This document shows positions 23,431-33,204 of a stretch of 64,000 bases of DNA, piece after piece (the stretch's first letter is position 1; each line of letters opens with the position of its first letter). The stretch is from the NCBI GenBank assembly GCA_958295775.1, contig CATQHC010000002.1, forward strand, positions 889,830 to 953,829. Direction: 5' to 3'. Made by a program: the position numbers and the translations under genes. The notes below the pieces were generated by a model. That model did no database searches and had not been told where the DNA came from. It was given only the letters and a program-made list of their open reading frames with translations. Source of the stretch: Chloroflexota bacterium. GTDB taxonomy: Bacteria > Chloroflexota > UBA11872 > VXOZ01.

Positions 23431-24540
23431 TTAGTCCGCGCCCTGCAGGACGTGGCCGGCTTCGTCACCGGAACCGGCGATGAACTCTTCAAGCATCGTC
23501 CGCGCCCGTTCATCGGTAATCTGTTCTGGCGGTGACTTCATCAAGTACGCCGAAGGCGCAACCAAGGTGCCGCTTAGGTTCCGGTCCAAGCCGATTTTCG
23601 CGAGCCGCACGGCATCGATTACAACCCCCGCCGAATTTGGCGAATCCCACACTTCGAGCTTGATCTCGGCGCGCAGTGGGACGTCACCAAACGAGCGACC
23701 GTTCATGAAGATGTAAGCCCACTTGCGGTCCTGCAAGAACGGCACGTGGTCGCTGGGCCCGATGTAGACGTTATCCGCGCCGGGATCGTAATCCAACAGC
23801 GAGGTGACTGCGTTTGTCTTGGATTCCTTCTTTGAGCTCAAACGGGAGCGCTCCAGCATATTGAGGAAGTCCGTATTGCCGCCCACGTTGAGTTGGCTGG
23901 TCTCCTCCAGGCGCACGCCTCGATCTTGGAAGAGCCGTGCCAGCGTGCGATGGACAATCGTCGCCCCCACCTGCGACTTGATGTCGTCGCCGACGATTGG
24001 CACGCCTGCTTCATGGAAGCGCCGCTGCCAGTACGGTTCCCGACCGATAAAGACCGGAATACAGTTTACAAAGGCGCAGCCGGCCCGCAATACCTGCTCC
24101 ACATACCACTTTGTCGCCTCTTCACTGCCCACCGGCAAGTAGCTTACTACCACGTCCGTGCCGGTCTCTTTCAAGATATCTACGATGTTGTCAGTGGCGC
24201 CCGGCGCCTTGTGAATGACCTCACTGAGGTACTGGCCGATTCCGTCATGGGTCATGCCGCGCTGTACCGCAACGCCGAGCGGCTCGACGTCTGCGAACTT
24301 GATCGTGTTATTTGGCGCTTCCCAGATGGCCTCGCCCAGGTCCTTGCCGACTTTGTTCTCATCAACATCGAAAGCGGCGGAAAACTCGATATCGCTCACG
24401 TGGTACTCACCGAGACGCACGTGCATGAGACCGGGAACGAATTCCGTATCCGCGGCATCTCTGTAATACTGCACTCCTTGAATCAAGGATGACGCACAGT
24501 TTCCTACACCGACAATTGCCACTCGTACCTTGCTACTCAC
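23431..24540 (-). CDS. ino1: myo-Inositol-1-phosphate synthase
   Basis: [21 protein letters not shown]-binding N-terminus; 369 aa; bacterial/archaeal-type MIPS motifs VSYLPVGSE and NGRSFGDVP. Confidence 0.88.
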   Translation of the reverse strand: MSSKVRVAIVGVGNCASSLIQGVQYYRDAADTEFVPGLMHVRLGEYHVSDIEFSAAFDVDENKVGKDLGEAIWEAPNNTIKFADVEPLGVAVQRGMTHDGIGQYLSEVIHKAPGATDNIVDILKETGTDVVVSYLPVGSEEATKWYVEQVLRAGCAFVNCIPVFIGREPYWQRRFHEAGVPIVGDDIKSQVGATIVHRTLARLFQDRGVRLEETSQLNVGGNTDFLNMLERSRLSSKKESKTNAVTSLLDYDPGADNVYIGPSDHVPFLQDRKWAYIFMNGRSFGDVPLRAEIKLEVWDSPNSAGVVIDAVRLAKIGLDRNLSGTLVAPSAYLMKSPPEQITDERARTMLEEFIAGSGDEAGHVLQGAD

Positions 24541-24651
24541 CGGATTGACTCTCCCTAACGCTCATTCTGGACTCTCTGTCTTCCTCACTTGGTGTGCCGC
24601 CTTTGCAGCACAAGACGTGCCCTGTATTTGATGCGCTCGCCGTTCTCAAGG

Positions 24652-24987
24652 CTAACCCGCCGCTTGTTTCGCCAACGATGTCTCCGTATCCTTATCGTCA
24701 GCCAGCAATTCATCCAACCCTTGGCTTACCTGTTGAAAGCCGGTTGGATTGATTGCGTAGCGAACAAGCCGCCCATCCCTCGTCGCAGCCACCAACTCGG
24801 CGCGACGAAGGATGCTCAAGTGCCAAGAGAGCAGCGGCTGGCTAATCGGCACTTTCTCCCGCAATTCGGTCACCGTCATCGTCTCTTCAGCCACTAAGAC
24901 CTGAAGGATTTCCAGGCGTGAACGACTGGCAAGTGCGCGTAGCTGTCTACTGAATTCGCGTAACGCTTGCCCCTGCAAAGACATCTT
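24652..24987 (-). CDS. ArsR/SmtB-family transcriptional regulator
   Basis: wHTH LASRSRLEILQVLVAEETMTVTELREKVPISQPLLSWHLSILRRAELV. AGGAGA ribosome-binding site before MSLQG. AT-rich operator-like DNA upstream. Confidence 0.8.
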   Translation of the reverse strand, partial: KMSLQGQALREFSRQLRALASRSRLEILQVLVAEETMTVTELREKVPISQPLLSWHLSILRRAELVAATRDGRLVRYAINPTGFQQVSQGLDELLADDKDTETSLAKQAAG

Positions 24988-25393
24988 CTCTCCTAGCCGG
25001 AAGCTACCTACCCGAAACCTTGCGTATATATATATCAATTATAGTTGAAGTGATTTTTCTTTATATTATCGCCTTCAAATGGCTGCGTCAAGATATACCA
25101 ATGGACTTTCGACATGCGATCCTATCAGAATTCGCGGAGCGCATTGGAGCAAGTACCAGCAGGCATCATTGGCACATCAAGCTCCCGACTAATTGTAGGC
25201 ATTGACTCCACGACGAATGTAGGAAGCACCGAGGCGTCCGGTGGGCGGAGACTGGAAAATATACAAATCATAGGCAAGTGGAATGTTAATTGGAATGTGA
25301 AAAGAGGCATGCGAGAAGTCTGTCGGTGCAAATAACAGATCTTGCGATGAGTAGTTGAACTGGGGAATTGGTGTCACTGCTGCCCCATTGAAT

Positions 25394-25816
25394 TCAGCAA
25401 GTGCGAGCACATGCACTTGAGGTAGGGCAGCAGCAGCATTGAATTGGAGGCAATTCCTCAATCTTCACCTCTCCGTCAACGATGGCATCTACTGAAACCC
25501 TACTACCCCACAGCAAAGTCATGCCTAGTAACGGAGCGCTGTCAGACTTCAGAATTAGAACATCTCTTAGACGTCCGTGCCAAGTGACTGCAGCAAAAAA
25601 CGCTTCGAACTCAAAGAGTTCTCCCTTAGCTAACTCAAACGTCCGCTGACCTACTGAGCGGATACCAAGTCGCTGTATGGATTCTGTGGGCAACGTCAAG
25701 TAGCCAGTAAACCCGGTATCCAAGACAGCCTCAATTGATTGAATGCTATCTTCACCATCAATGATGTCGATGGTGACTAGTGCTAGTTTATTGCCGTCAA
25801 CTCTTCCCTTAATCAT
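25394..25816 (-). CDS. Retropepsin-like (clan AA) aspartic protease
   Basis: Active-site-like LDTGFTG followed by a hydrophobic GMTLL flap region. About 140 aa. Local GC is distinctly lower than the flanks. C-terminal Cys-rich tail CCCCPTSSACARTC. Confidence 0.55.
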   Translation of the reverse strand: MIKGRVDGNKLALVTIDIIDGEDSIQSIEAVLDTGFTGYLTLPTESIQRLGIRSVGQRTFELAKGELFEFEAFFAAVTWHGRLRDVLILKSDSAPLLGMTLLWGSRVSVDAIVDGEVKIEELPPIQCCCCPTSSACARTC

Positions 25817-26084
25817 AGAGCGTGGGCACACGGAAGCCGCCGACGTGGCTGTAAGCTGCGCGATGACCGATGCAGATTCCATACGTAACGGCCGTCGGCC
25901 TCCGGTCTAATACCCGCCGTGTTGCCACCGCATCGCCTGCGTCGATCTCAAAGTCGCCGCTCTCGACATCGATTACTACAAAGTTGCCCTTCTCCACCGA
26001 CTCAACTCTAGATTGGATTTGTTCCCGGTAGATCGCTTCTCCCCGGGCTGCAATCTCCCCAGAACTATAGGTCCGGATTGCCAT
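25809..26084 (-). CDS. Small partner protein of the retropepsin-like protease (beta-rich; DUF5678-like by recollection)
   Basis: KGNFVVIDVESGDFEIDAGDAVATRRVL motif. Overlaps the protease gene start, suggesting translational coupling. Confidence 0.4.
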   Translation of the reverse strand: MAIRTYSSGEIAARGEAIYREQIQSRVESVEKGNFVVIDVESGDFEIDAGDAVATRRVLDRRPTAVTYGICIGHRAAYSHVGGFRVPTLYD

Positions 26085-26347
26085 GGCATGATCCTTAGGC
26101 GACAGCAATGCGTTTCGTCCATATTTCAAAGATACGCTTCAGACCGATCCGTGGTCAATGGGGGCACAGGTCGGACAAGGCTCCCTGATACCACGGTTTG
26201 GCCGGAATAGAAGAGGGACTGAGCCTGCTGCTGCGCTTCTACCTTGGTTCAGCGAAGCACGACTTCGAGAGTTGTTGCGCTTACACCCTTTTCCAATCTA
26301 AAGAGAACGTGTTCCTGAGCGCGCCGTTTTGCTAGCATAGAAACAAC

Positions 26348-27460
26348 ATGCGAGTGGCAATAGCGCACGATTACTTCTATGCCCTGGGGGGCGCCGAGCA
26401 GACCGTGGCCGTAATGCACGGCCTCTGGCCGGAAGCGCCGGTATTCTCTTCATTCGTAGATCGAGCCACGCTACCGCTGGACCTCGCGTCTTGGGATATG
26501 CGCACCTCGTTTCTGCAGCGCGTCCCCAACCCGGCGCGGCTACAGAAACTTCTGACACCCCTCTATCCGCTTGCCTTTCGTAGCTTCGATGTGGAACCGT
26601 TTGACGTCGTTGTTTCGTCCGCCAGTTTTGCGGCAAAAGGCATTCCGCGGCATGCCGAGACCCTGCACGTCTGCTATTGCTACACGCCGCCGCGGTTCCT
26701 CTGGGGCATGACGCCGGCCACAGACCGCCGCCAACTGTCCTGGCCGCTTCGCGGCCTGGACGCGTTGCTCCGGCCCCACCTACGCCGGTGGGACCGCTGG
26801 GCCGCAACGCAGCCGCACCATCTTGTTGCAATCTCCCACACGGTAGCGGCGCGTATCCGCAGTATCTACGGCATCGAGCCAACCGTCATCTATCCACCGG
26901 TGGCCACACACCGTTTTCATTCGCAGCCCAGCAGTGATGAAGGGTACTATGTATGTGTGGGGAGGTTGGAAGCGCACAAGCGCGTTGACCTCGCAATCGC
27001 GGCGGCCCGAGCAGCGCACGTTCCGCTCCATGTCATCGGGGATGGACCTCTCCGCGACCGCCTCGCGCACGCTGCACCTCCCAATGTTCGTGTTCTTGGT
27101 TGGCTTTCCGATTCGGAACTGATCGAGCAACTCGCCGGATGCCGCGCGCTGATCTTCCCGGGCGAGGAAGACTTCGGCATCGTTATGGTGGAAGCGCTGA
27201 GTGCAGGTAAACCCGTAATCGCCTACGGAGCCGGCGGCGCCACTGAAATCGTGCAGCCTGGGGTTAACGGCGAGTTGGTGCCGGAACAGACCGTAGACGC
27301 CTTCGCGCAAGCGCTGCGTGCCTTCGGCCCCGATCGTTACTCACCTGAGAAATGCCGCAAAAGTGCTGCGCAGTTTGACGAGGCGGTCTTTGCCGGCCAA
27401 TTCAAGGCATTTGTGGAAGAAAAGTGGACAGAATTCGCGCGGAATCTTCACAACAGCTAG
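26348..27460 (+). CDS. GT4 glycosyltransferase
   Basis: MRVAIAHDYFYALGGAEQ N-terminus. C-terminal EDFGIVMVEALSAGKPVIA GT-B motif. Confidence 0.85.
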   Translation: MRVAIAHDYFYALGGAEQTVAVMHGLWPEAPVFSSFVDRATLPLDLASWDMRTSFLQRVPNPARLQKLLTPLYPLAFRSFDVEPFDVVVSSASFAAKGIPRHAETLHVCYCYTPPRFLWGMTPATDRRQLSWPLRGLDALLRPHLRRWDRWAATQPHHLVAISHTVAARIRSIYGIEPTVIYPPVATHRFHSQPSSDEGYYVCVGRLEAHKRVDLAIAAARAAHVPLHVIGDGPLRDRLAHAAPPNVRVLGWLSDSELIEQLAGCRALIFPGEEDFGIVMVEALSAGKPVIAYGAGGATEIVQPGVNGELVPEQTVDAFAQALRAFGPDRYSPEKCRKSAAQFDEAVFAGQFKAFVEEKWTEFARNLHNS

Positions 27461-27465
27461 TTGAT

Positions 27466-28200
27466 ATGAGTGCCGGAAAACCGTCCAGCGCCGCGGTCCT
27501 TGGCGTACGTGTGGACTGCGTAATCATGGGCCAAGCGCTGAACCACTGCGCACAGCTTCTCGACACTGCCGGTCACCATCAGGTGGTCACACTCAATCCT
27601 GAGTTCGTGATGCATGCCCAGCAGGACACCCAGTTTAGGGAACTCGTGCGTGAGGCGAGCCTCGTTGTGCCCGATGGCTCAGGCATCGTCTGGGCTCTGC
27701 GCCGCCAAGGCAATGCTGACGTTGAACGCGTCACCGGCATCGACTTGATGCTGCAACTCTGCGCCTTGGCCGCGCGCCGGCAGGTAGCTATCTTCTTGCT
27801 TGGCGCCGCACCGGGCGTCGCGGCCCAAACCGCTGCGGTCTTGCAGCAACAGTATCCAAAGCTGATAGTCGCCGGTACCGCCGTCGGCGCGCCTGACGCC
27901 GTCCAAGCGCCGGCGCTGTGCGCACAGATTCGCGACTCAGGCGCTGGGCTGCTCTTTGTTGCTTTTGGCTGTCCTGCCCAGGACTTCTGGATCCAGCAGC
28001 ACCAGCGGGAGTCTGGCGCCTGCCTGGCAATGGGCGTCGGTGGCAGTTTCGACTATATCTCCGGCAAGGTCGCGCGCGCGCCGCGCCGGATGCAGCAGAT
28101 GAACCTTGAGTGGTTCTATCGCCTGCTGCGCCAGCCGTGGCGCTGGCGCCGCCAGCGCGTGCTCATCTCATATCTATGGAGAGTCTTACGAGAACACTGA
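27466..28200 (+). CDS. WecG/TagA/CpsF-family glycosyltransferase (GT26)
   Basis: VVTLNPEFVMHAQ, LVVPDGSGIVWA, FGCPAQDFWIQQH and EWFYRLLRQPWRWRRQ are hallmark GT26 motifs. Confidence 0.8.
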   Translation: MSAGKPSSAAVLGVRVDCVIMGQALNHCAQLLDTAGHHQVVTLNPEFVMHAQQDTQFRELVREASLVVPDGSGIVWALRRQGNADVERVTGIDLMLQLCALAARRQVAIFLLGAAPGVAAQTAAVLQQQYPKLIVAGTAVGAPDAVQAPALCAQIRDSGAGLLFVAFGCPAQDFWIQQHQRESGACLAMGVGGSFDYISGKVARAPRRMQQMNLEWFYRLLRQPWRWRRQRVLISYLWRVLREH

Positions 28201-28321
28201 TTAAATTGTGCCTCGCAGCGCGGGGGTTGGATCTTAATAGGCGCGACGCGCACTGCTGACCAACATGTGCCCGCACGGAGAGGGTTTTCTGACGAATACT
28301 CGCGAGCAGCCACAGAACGAC

Positions 28322-29299
28322 ATGTCACCGCCGGCGGCCAGTAGTCTGGGCAATGAGGTCCTGGTGGTAGGCAGCATCAACACGGACCTCGTTGTTACCG
28401 TTCCCTCGCTGCCCCAGGCCGGAGAGACCGTGTTGGGCGACGACTTGCGGCGCATTGGCGGTGGCAAAGGCGCCAATCAGGCGGTAGCGGCAGCCCGCTT
28501 AGGCGCGCGCACCGCGCTCCTGGGCTGTGTCGGCGCAGACGAATTTGGCAATAACCGCATTTCGGAGCTAGAATCTTACGGTATAGAGGTTGGCGCGATC
28601 TTAACCGATTCCCAACGGCCGTCCGGCGCGGCGCTTATTCTGGTTGACACGGGAGGTGACAACGTGATTGCAGTGTCCCCAGGCGCTAATGGCGCGCTTG
28701 CGCCTGCGCACGTGCAGGCGGCGCAGAAACTCTTTGCGCAAGCCAACGTGCTTATCTGCCAACTTGAAATATCTCTCGAAACGGTTGCTGCCGCCTTGAC
28801 TCAAGCCCGCCGGAACAACGTGACCTCCATCTTGAACGCGGCGCCCGGCAGCCCTGCGGCAGCCTCGCTACTCACGTCCACCGACATCCTCATTGTCAAC
28901 CGCGCCGAAGCGGCCAGCCTGGTTGGACATCCTGTTGACTCGCTAGCCGCAGCGCGCGAGACCGCCGCACAATTATCCGGGCAAGTCCGCCGGGCAGCCA
29001 TAGTAACGCTTGGGGATGAGGGCAGCGTTATCGCTTGCGATGGGAGTGTTAAGCACCTGCGCGCATGGCAGGTACCTACCGTCGACGGCACGGCTGCCGG
29101 TGACGCCTACGTCGGCGCGATTGCAGCAGCGCTTGCCCGCGGCGACTCGCTGTTGGTTGCCGCGCGCTTGGGGACTGCAGCCGCTGCGATCGCGGTCGGG
29201 CGTGTAGGCGCGCAACCGTCGCTGCCGACGCGGGAGGAAGTCAGCGCGTTTCTGCGCAACCCGCCAGCGTTTGCGCCTGGAGTAGGCGAATACACATGA
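28322..29299 (+). CDS. Ribokinase-like PfkB sugar kinase
   Basis: VLVVGSINTDLVVTVPSLPQAGETV, GGKGANQAVAAARLG, DGTAAGDAYVGAIAAALARG (ribokinase signatures). Confidence 0.78.
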   Translation: MSPPAASSLGNEVLVVGSINTDLVVTVPSLPQAGETVLGDDLRRIGGGKGANQAVAAARLGARTALLGCVGADEFGNNRISELESYGIEVGAILTDSQRPSGAALILVDTGGDNVIAVSPGANGALAPAHVQAAQKLFAQANVLICQLEISLETVAAALTQARRNNVTSILNAAPGSPAAASLLTSTDILIVNRAEAASLVGHPVDSLAAARETAAQLSGQVRRAAIVTLGDEGSVIACDGSVKHLRAWQVPTVDGTAAGDAYVGAIAAALARGDSLLVAARLGTAAAAIAVGRVGAQPSLPTREEVSAFLRNPPAFAPGVGEYT

Positions 29300-29321
29300 C
29301 CGGCAACTCGGAGCAACACTG

Positions 29322-30344
29322 ATGGGCAAGCCTGCTTGGGAAGACGCTCTAGCACGCTTTGCATCGCAAAGGATACTCGTTATTGGCGACATGGTTGCCG
29401 ACGAACATATCTTTACCCGCGCCAGCGGCATTTCGCGAGAAGCGCCGCTGCCGGTCTTACAGTTTGTTGACCGCAAACTCGTGCCTGGGGGCGCGACCAA
29501 TGTCGCGCGGAATGCCCGCGCACTCGGGGCGAAGGTATGGGTGACTGGCGTAATTGGGCAAGACCAGGTCGGCAGTGACTTGCGGCAACTGCTCGAAGCA
29601 GACCGAGTCCACTGCAGCGAACTCTTTGCTGCCGATGATCGCAAGACTTCCACCAAGACCCGTATCTGGGCGGGAGGCGACCAACAACCTGTGCAGCAGC
29701 AGGTATGCCGCCTCGACCACGTTGAGCGCCTGGCAGTATCACCGGAAATTTGCCAGCAGGTGATAGCGGGGCTGGAGAACCGCATTCCGCAGATTGACGC
29801 CATCATCGTTGCGGACTACGAGATCAGCATGATTGACGCCGCCATAATCGATGCCGTCTTGCGTCACGCCCAAGCTGAAGCGAAAACGGTGACTGTCGAC
29901 TCCCACGGCAACCTCACGCGCTTCCCGGCCGCGGACATTTTTACCCCGAATCAGCCCGAAGTAGAGTTTACGCTGGGTCGCGCCCTGCACTCGCGTGAAG
30001 AGCTTGAGGAAGCGGGGAACGCCCTGCTCGATCTCCTGGCAACGAAAGTACTCCTGGTCACGCGCGGCAGCGAGGGCATGTCACTCTTTGCTGCCGGGGC
30101 CGCGCCGTACCACATTCCGACACTGGCAACGGGCCGAGTGATCGATCCCACCGGAGCCGGAGACACAGTGTCCGCGGTCCTGACACTGGCATTGTTGGTT
30201 GGTCTACCACCCCCACGCGCTGCTATGATGGCTGCGGCGGCGGCAAGTGTTGTTGTACGCAAGCTCGGCGCCGCGGTAGCCTCTCCCGCTGAGATCCTGG
30301 CCGTGCTGGCAACTGCAGAAGGCCTTGAGCGTGACCGCAACTAA
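29322..30344 (+). CDS. hldA: D-glycero-beta-D-manno-heptose-7-phosphate kinase (RfaE domain I / HldA-like)
   Basis: [28 protein letters not shown]...[16 protein letters not shown] matches the RfaE kinase-domain pattern. C-terminal DPTGAGDTV. Confidence 0.78.
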   Translation: MGKPAWEDALARFASQRILVIGDMVADEHIFTRASGISREAPLPVLQFVDRKLVPGGATNVARNARALGAKVWVTGVIGQDQVGSDLRQLLEADRVHCSELFAADDRKTSTKTRIWAGGDQQPVQQQVCRLDHVERLAVSPEICQQVIAGLENRIPQIDAIIVADYEISMIDAAIIDAVLRHAQAEAKTVTVDSHGNLTRFPAADIFTPNQPEVEFTLGRALHSREELEEAGNALLDLLATKVLLVTRGSEGMSLFAAGAAPYHIPTLATGRVIDPTGAGDTVSAVLTLALLVGLPPPRAAMMAAAAASVVVRKLGAAVASPAEILAVLATAEGLERDRN

Positions 30345-30819
30345 ACTTCTCACTGAAGAAGCGCTCATCGACCGCTGCAAGGCGTGGAGTGCACTGGGCC
30401 AAACCATCGTGTTTACCAATGGCTGTTTCGATTTATTGCATCCGGGACACGTGGCCTATCTGGAAGCGGCGCGAGAACTTGGCGACGTGCTCGTCGTTGC
30501 CGTCAATAGCGATCGTTCCGTGCGCGCGCTGAAGGGGCCCACGCGACCCATTACCCCGGAAGACGACCGCGCCCGCGTCCTCGCAGCACTGGCATGCGTG
30601 GACTACGTCACGGTGTTCGACGACGACACAGCGGAGAGATTACTATGTAATCTTCAGCCCGACGTGTACGTCAAGGGCGGCGATTATACACGCACCGAAC
30701 CGGTGGAAGCCGGCGCCGTGAGGGCCTACGGCGGGAATGTTCGGATACTGCCCTTTGCTTCCGGTTACAGCACGTCGGACCTTGTGCGCCGAATTATTGA
30801 CAGTAATCATTCCCAGTAA
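30325..30819 (+). CDS. hldC: D-glycero-beta-D-manno-heptose-1-phosphate adenylyltransferase (RfaE domain II / HldC-like)
   Basis: Cytidylyltransferase-like fold with [33 protein letters not shown]. 164 aa. Confidence 0.82.
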   Translation: MSVTATKLLTEEALIDRCKAWSALGQTIVFTNGCFDLLHPGHVAYLEAARELGDVLVVAVNSDRSVRALKGPTRPITPEDDRARVLAALACVDYVTVFDDDTAERLLCNLQPDVYVKGGDYTRTEPVEAGAVRAYGGNVRILPFASGYSTSDLVRRIIDSNHSQ

Positions 30820-30854
30820 CAGGAATTCGTCACAACACAGGAGAAGTATATACA

Positions 30855-31310
30855 GTGGCGCAACGCACCCTCATCATCGTAAAACCAGATGGCGTCCAAA
30901 GGGGGCTTGTCGGCGAGATTTTGGGCCGGTTCGAACGACGCGGCCTCAAGCTCATCGGCCTCAAGCTCATGGCGGTCGACAGATCTCTCGCCGAAACGCA
31001 CTATGCCGTGCACAAAGAGAAACCGTTCTTTGCCGACTTGATCGAGTTCATTACCGCAGCGCCGGTTGTTTGTGCCGTTGTAGAAGGCCCGGAGGCGATT
31101 GCCGTAGTGCGGATGTTGGTCGGCGCCACCAAGTTCACCGAGGCAGCACCCGGCTCGATCCGCGGCGACTTCGCCCTTGACCTCACGATGAATCTTATTC
31201 ATGCTTCCGATGCGCCGGACACCGCCGAGAAGGAAGTGGAACTCTTCTTTCAGCCGGATGAGTTGCTGGACTACACACGGGACGGCGATCGTTGGGTAAC
31301 CAGCGGTTAA
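30855..31310 (+). CDS. ndk: Nucleoside diphosphate kinase
   Basis: ERTLIIVKPDGVQRGLVGEI, GSIRGDFA, NLIHASDA with catalytic His. Confidence 0.92.
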   Translation: MAQRTLIIVKPDGVQRGLVGEILGRFERRGLKLIGLKLMAVDRSLAETHYAVHKEKPFFADLIEFITAAPVVCAVVEGPEAIAVVRMLVGATKFTEAAPGSIRGDFALDLTMNLIHASDAPDTAEKEVELFFQPDELLDYTRDGDRWVTSG

Positions 31311-31583
31311 TGTTGATTCGGCACGGGCGTTTCTGTGGCTTTGAGCGCAAGAACCGCATTCCCTGTGGGTAGGGATTCTGCGCGCGCGCTGCTAGACAAT
31401 ACCGCCAGACCCGTGCACCATACTACTCGGAATGCAACTCAATCCGAATATCGTAGCAGGCTTGCGCTGACACAGGTCCGCATCCGCCTGTTGATATGGC
31501 CGCGCCCGCAAACATTACACCTGTACCCGCATCAGCGAGCTATCATGTTGCGGCTGAATTGACGTAAAGGGGTTTAGGCAGAC

Positions 31584-32996
31584 ATGAAAGATACACGACC
31601 GAACATCATCCTCTACACCACCGACCAGCATCGCGGCGACCATCTTAGCATCGCCGGACATCCGGTGATCGAAACGCCAAACGTGGACGCATTCGTCGAA
31701 CACGGGGCATTCTTTCCCAATGCCTATACCGAGATTCCCTCCACCACCGGCGCGCGGCGGTGTCTGCACGGCGGCCAGCGCAGCTACGACTGCGGCCTAG
31801 TCGGCTACTCCGCCTCGGAATGGCACGAGCCGAACACCCTCGCGGCGGTGCTCGCCGACGCGGGGTACCACTGTATTAACGTCGGTTGGCGCAACATGCA
31901 TCCCCGCCGCAAGCTCTATGGTTTCCACACGGTCATCCCCCATGAAATCCGTGAGGGCGCAGACGACTATTGGGACTGGCTCCGCCAAGAACTTGGCCCG
32001 TACGCCCATGAGCGCATCGTCGGCTCAGATGCCAATGGCTGGCTGGCGCGCCCCTGGGCCTATGAGGAGCGGTACCACTGCACGAATTGGACCGTGGACG
32101 TGACAATCGAGCAGATCATGAAGCGCGATCCTACGCGTCCCGTCTTCGTGTGGTGCTCACAACTGCGTCCGCATTCGCCCTACGACCCGCCACAGTTCTT
32201 CTGGGACATGTACATCAACCGGCAACTGCCGGAGATTCCCGTGGGCGATTGGGCCGAGCGGTACAACGTGCCCCAGCCCGGCCTACCCCGCCAAGCGTGG
32301 TACGGACGCTTGACCGACGAACAACTGCAACGGATGCGCGCCGCGTACATGGGCTGCATCACCCACCTCGACTACCAACTCGGCTACCTGCTTGAACTGG
32401 TCCAGGGGGAGTTGGACCGCAACCTCATGATGGTCTTCACGGCTGACCACGGCGACATGATGGGCGACCACAACCTGCTGCGCAAATCGTATGCGTATGA
32501 GGGTTCGGCCCGCATTCCGTTCGTGATCAAGTATCCGAATAGCCTGGACGCGCCGACAGGCACGTTCGAGCATCCGGTCGGTTTGCAGGACGTGATGCCG
32601 ACGATCCTCGAGGCGACCGGCACGCCTATTCCTGACTCCGTCACCGGCACGAGCGTCCTCAAGGCGGCGCGCGGCGAGCCGTGGCGGGAATACATGCACG
32701 GGGAGCACTCACCCTGCTACAGCGAGGACAACGCGGTGCAATACCTCACCGACGGCAAAGAAAAGTACCTCTGGTATCCGGTACGCGGCGAGGAGCAGTT
32801 CTTCGACCTCGCCAACGACCGGCAGGAAATTCACGATAGGGCCAACGATCCGGCCTATGCCAACCGCGTAACGCTCTGGCGCAACCGCCTCATAGACTAC
32901 CTGGGCGAACGCGGCGACGGCTTTTCCGATGGGGAGAAGCTGCTGGTGCGTCCCGACGGTTACGGCCCGGAGGCAGAGCAACCTGCGGCAGTCTAG
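31584..32996 (+). CDS. Sulfatase-like hydrolase/transferase (alkaline-phosphatase superfamily)
   Basis: N-terminal PNIILYTTDQHRGDHL and overall sulfatase architecture, but the C/S-x-P-x-R formylglycine motif is not recognisable (TEIPSTTGARRCL instead). Confidence 0.6.
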   Translation: MKDTRPNIILYTTDQHRGDHLSIAGHPVIETPNVDAFVEHGAFFPNAYTEIPSTTGARRCLHGGQRSYDCGLVGYSASEWHEPNTLAAVLADAGYHCINVGWRNMHPRRKLYGFHTVIPHEIREGADDYWDWLRQELGPYAHERIVGSDANGWLARPWAYEERYHCTNWTVDVTIEQIMKRDPTRPVFVWCSQLRPHSPYDPPQFFWDMYINRQLPEIPVGDWAERYNVPQPGLPRQAWYGRLTDEQLQRMRAAYMGCITHLDYQLGYLLELVQGELDRNLMMVFTADHGDMMGDHNLLRKSYAYEGSARIPFVIKYPNSLDAPTGTFEHPVGLQDVMPTILEATGTPIPDSVTGTSVLKAARGEPWREYMHGEHSPCYSEDNAVQYLTDGKEKYLWYPVRGEEQFFDLANDRQEIHDRANDPAYANRVTLWRNRLIDYLGERGDGFSDGEKLLVRPDGYGPEAEQPAAV

Positions 32997-33204
32997 GGGC
33001 TGACACTGGCCGGGGCATCATTCCCATAGCCATTCACCAATGCCCGTGTACAAGCGGTGCGGGCGAGATCTTCGCTGTGCAAACAGCGCGAACGCAATCT
33101 TCCGCGCGCACACGGTAGGAACGCAATCGCGCTATACTTAGCCGTAGCTACGGTGATGTATGCGATTGCGCAACAATCCGTTCTGCCGCTCGGAGGTCAC
33201 TGCA

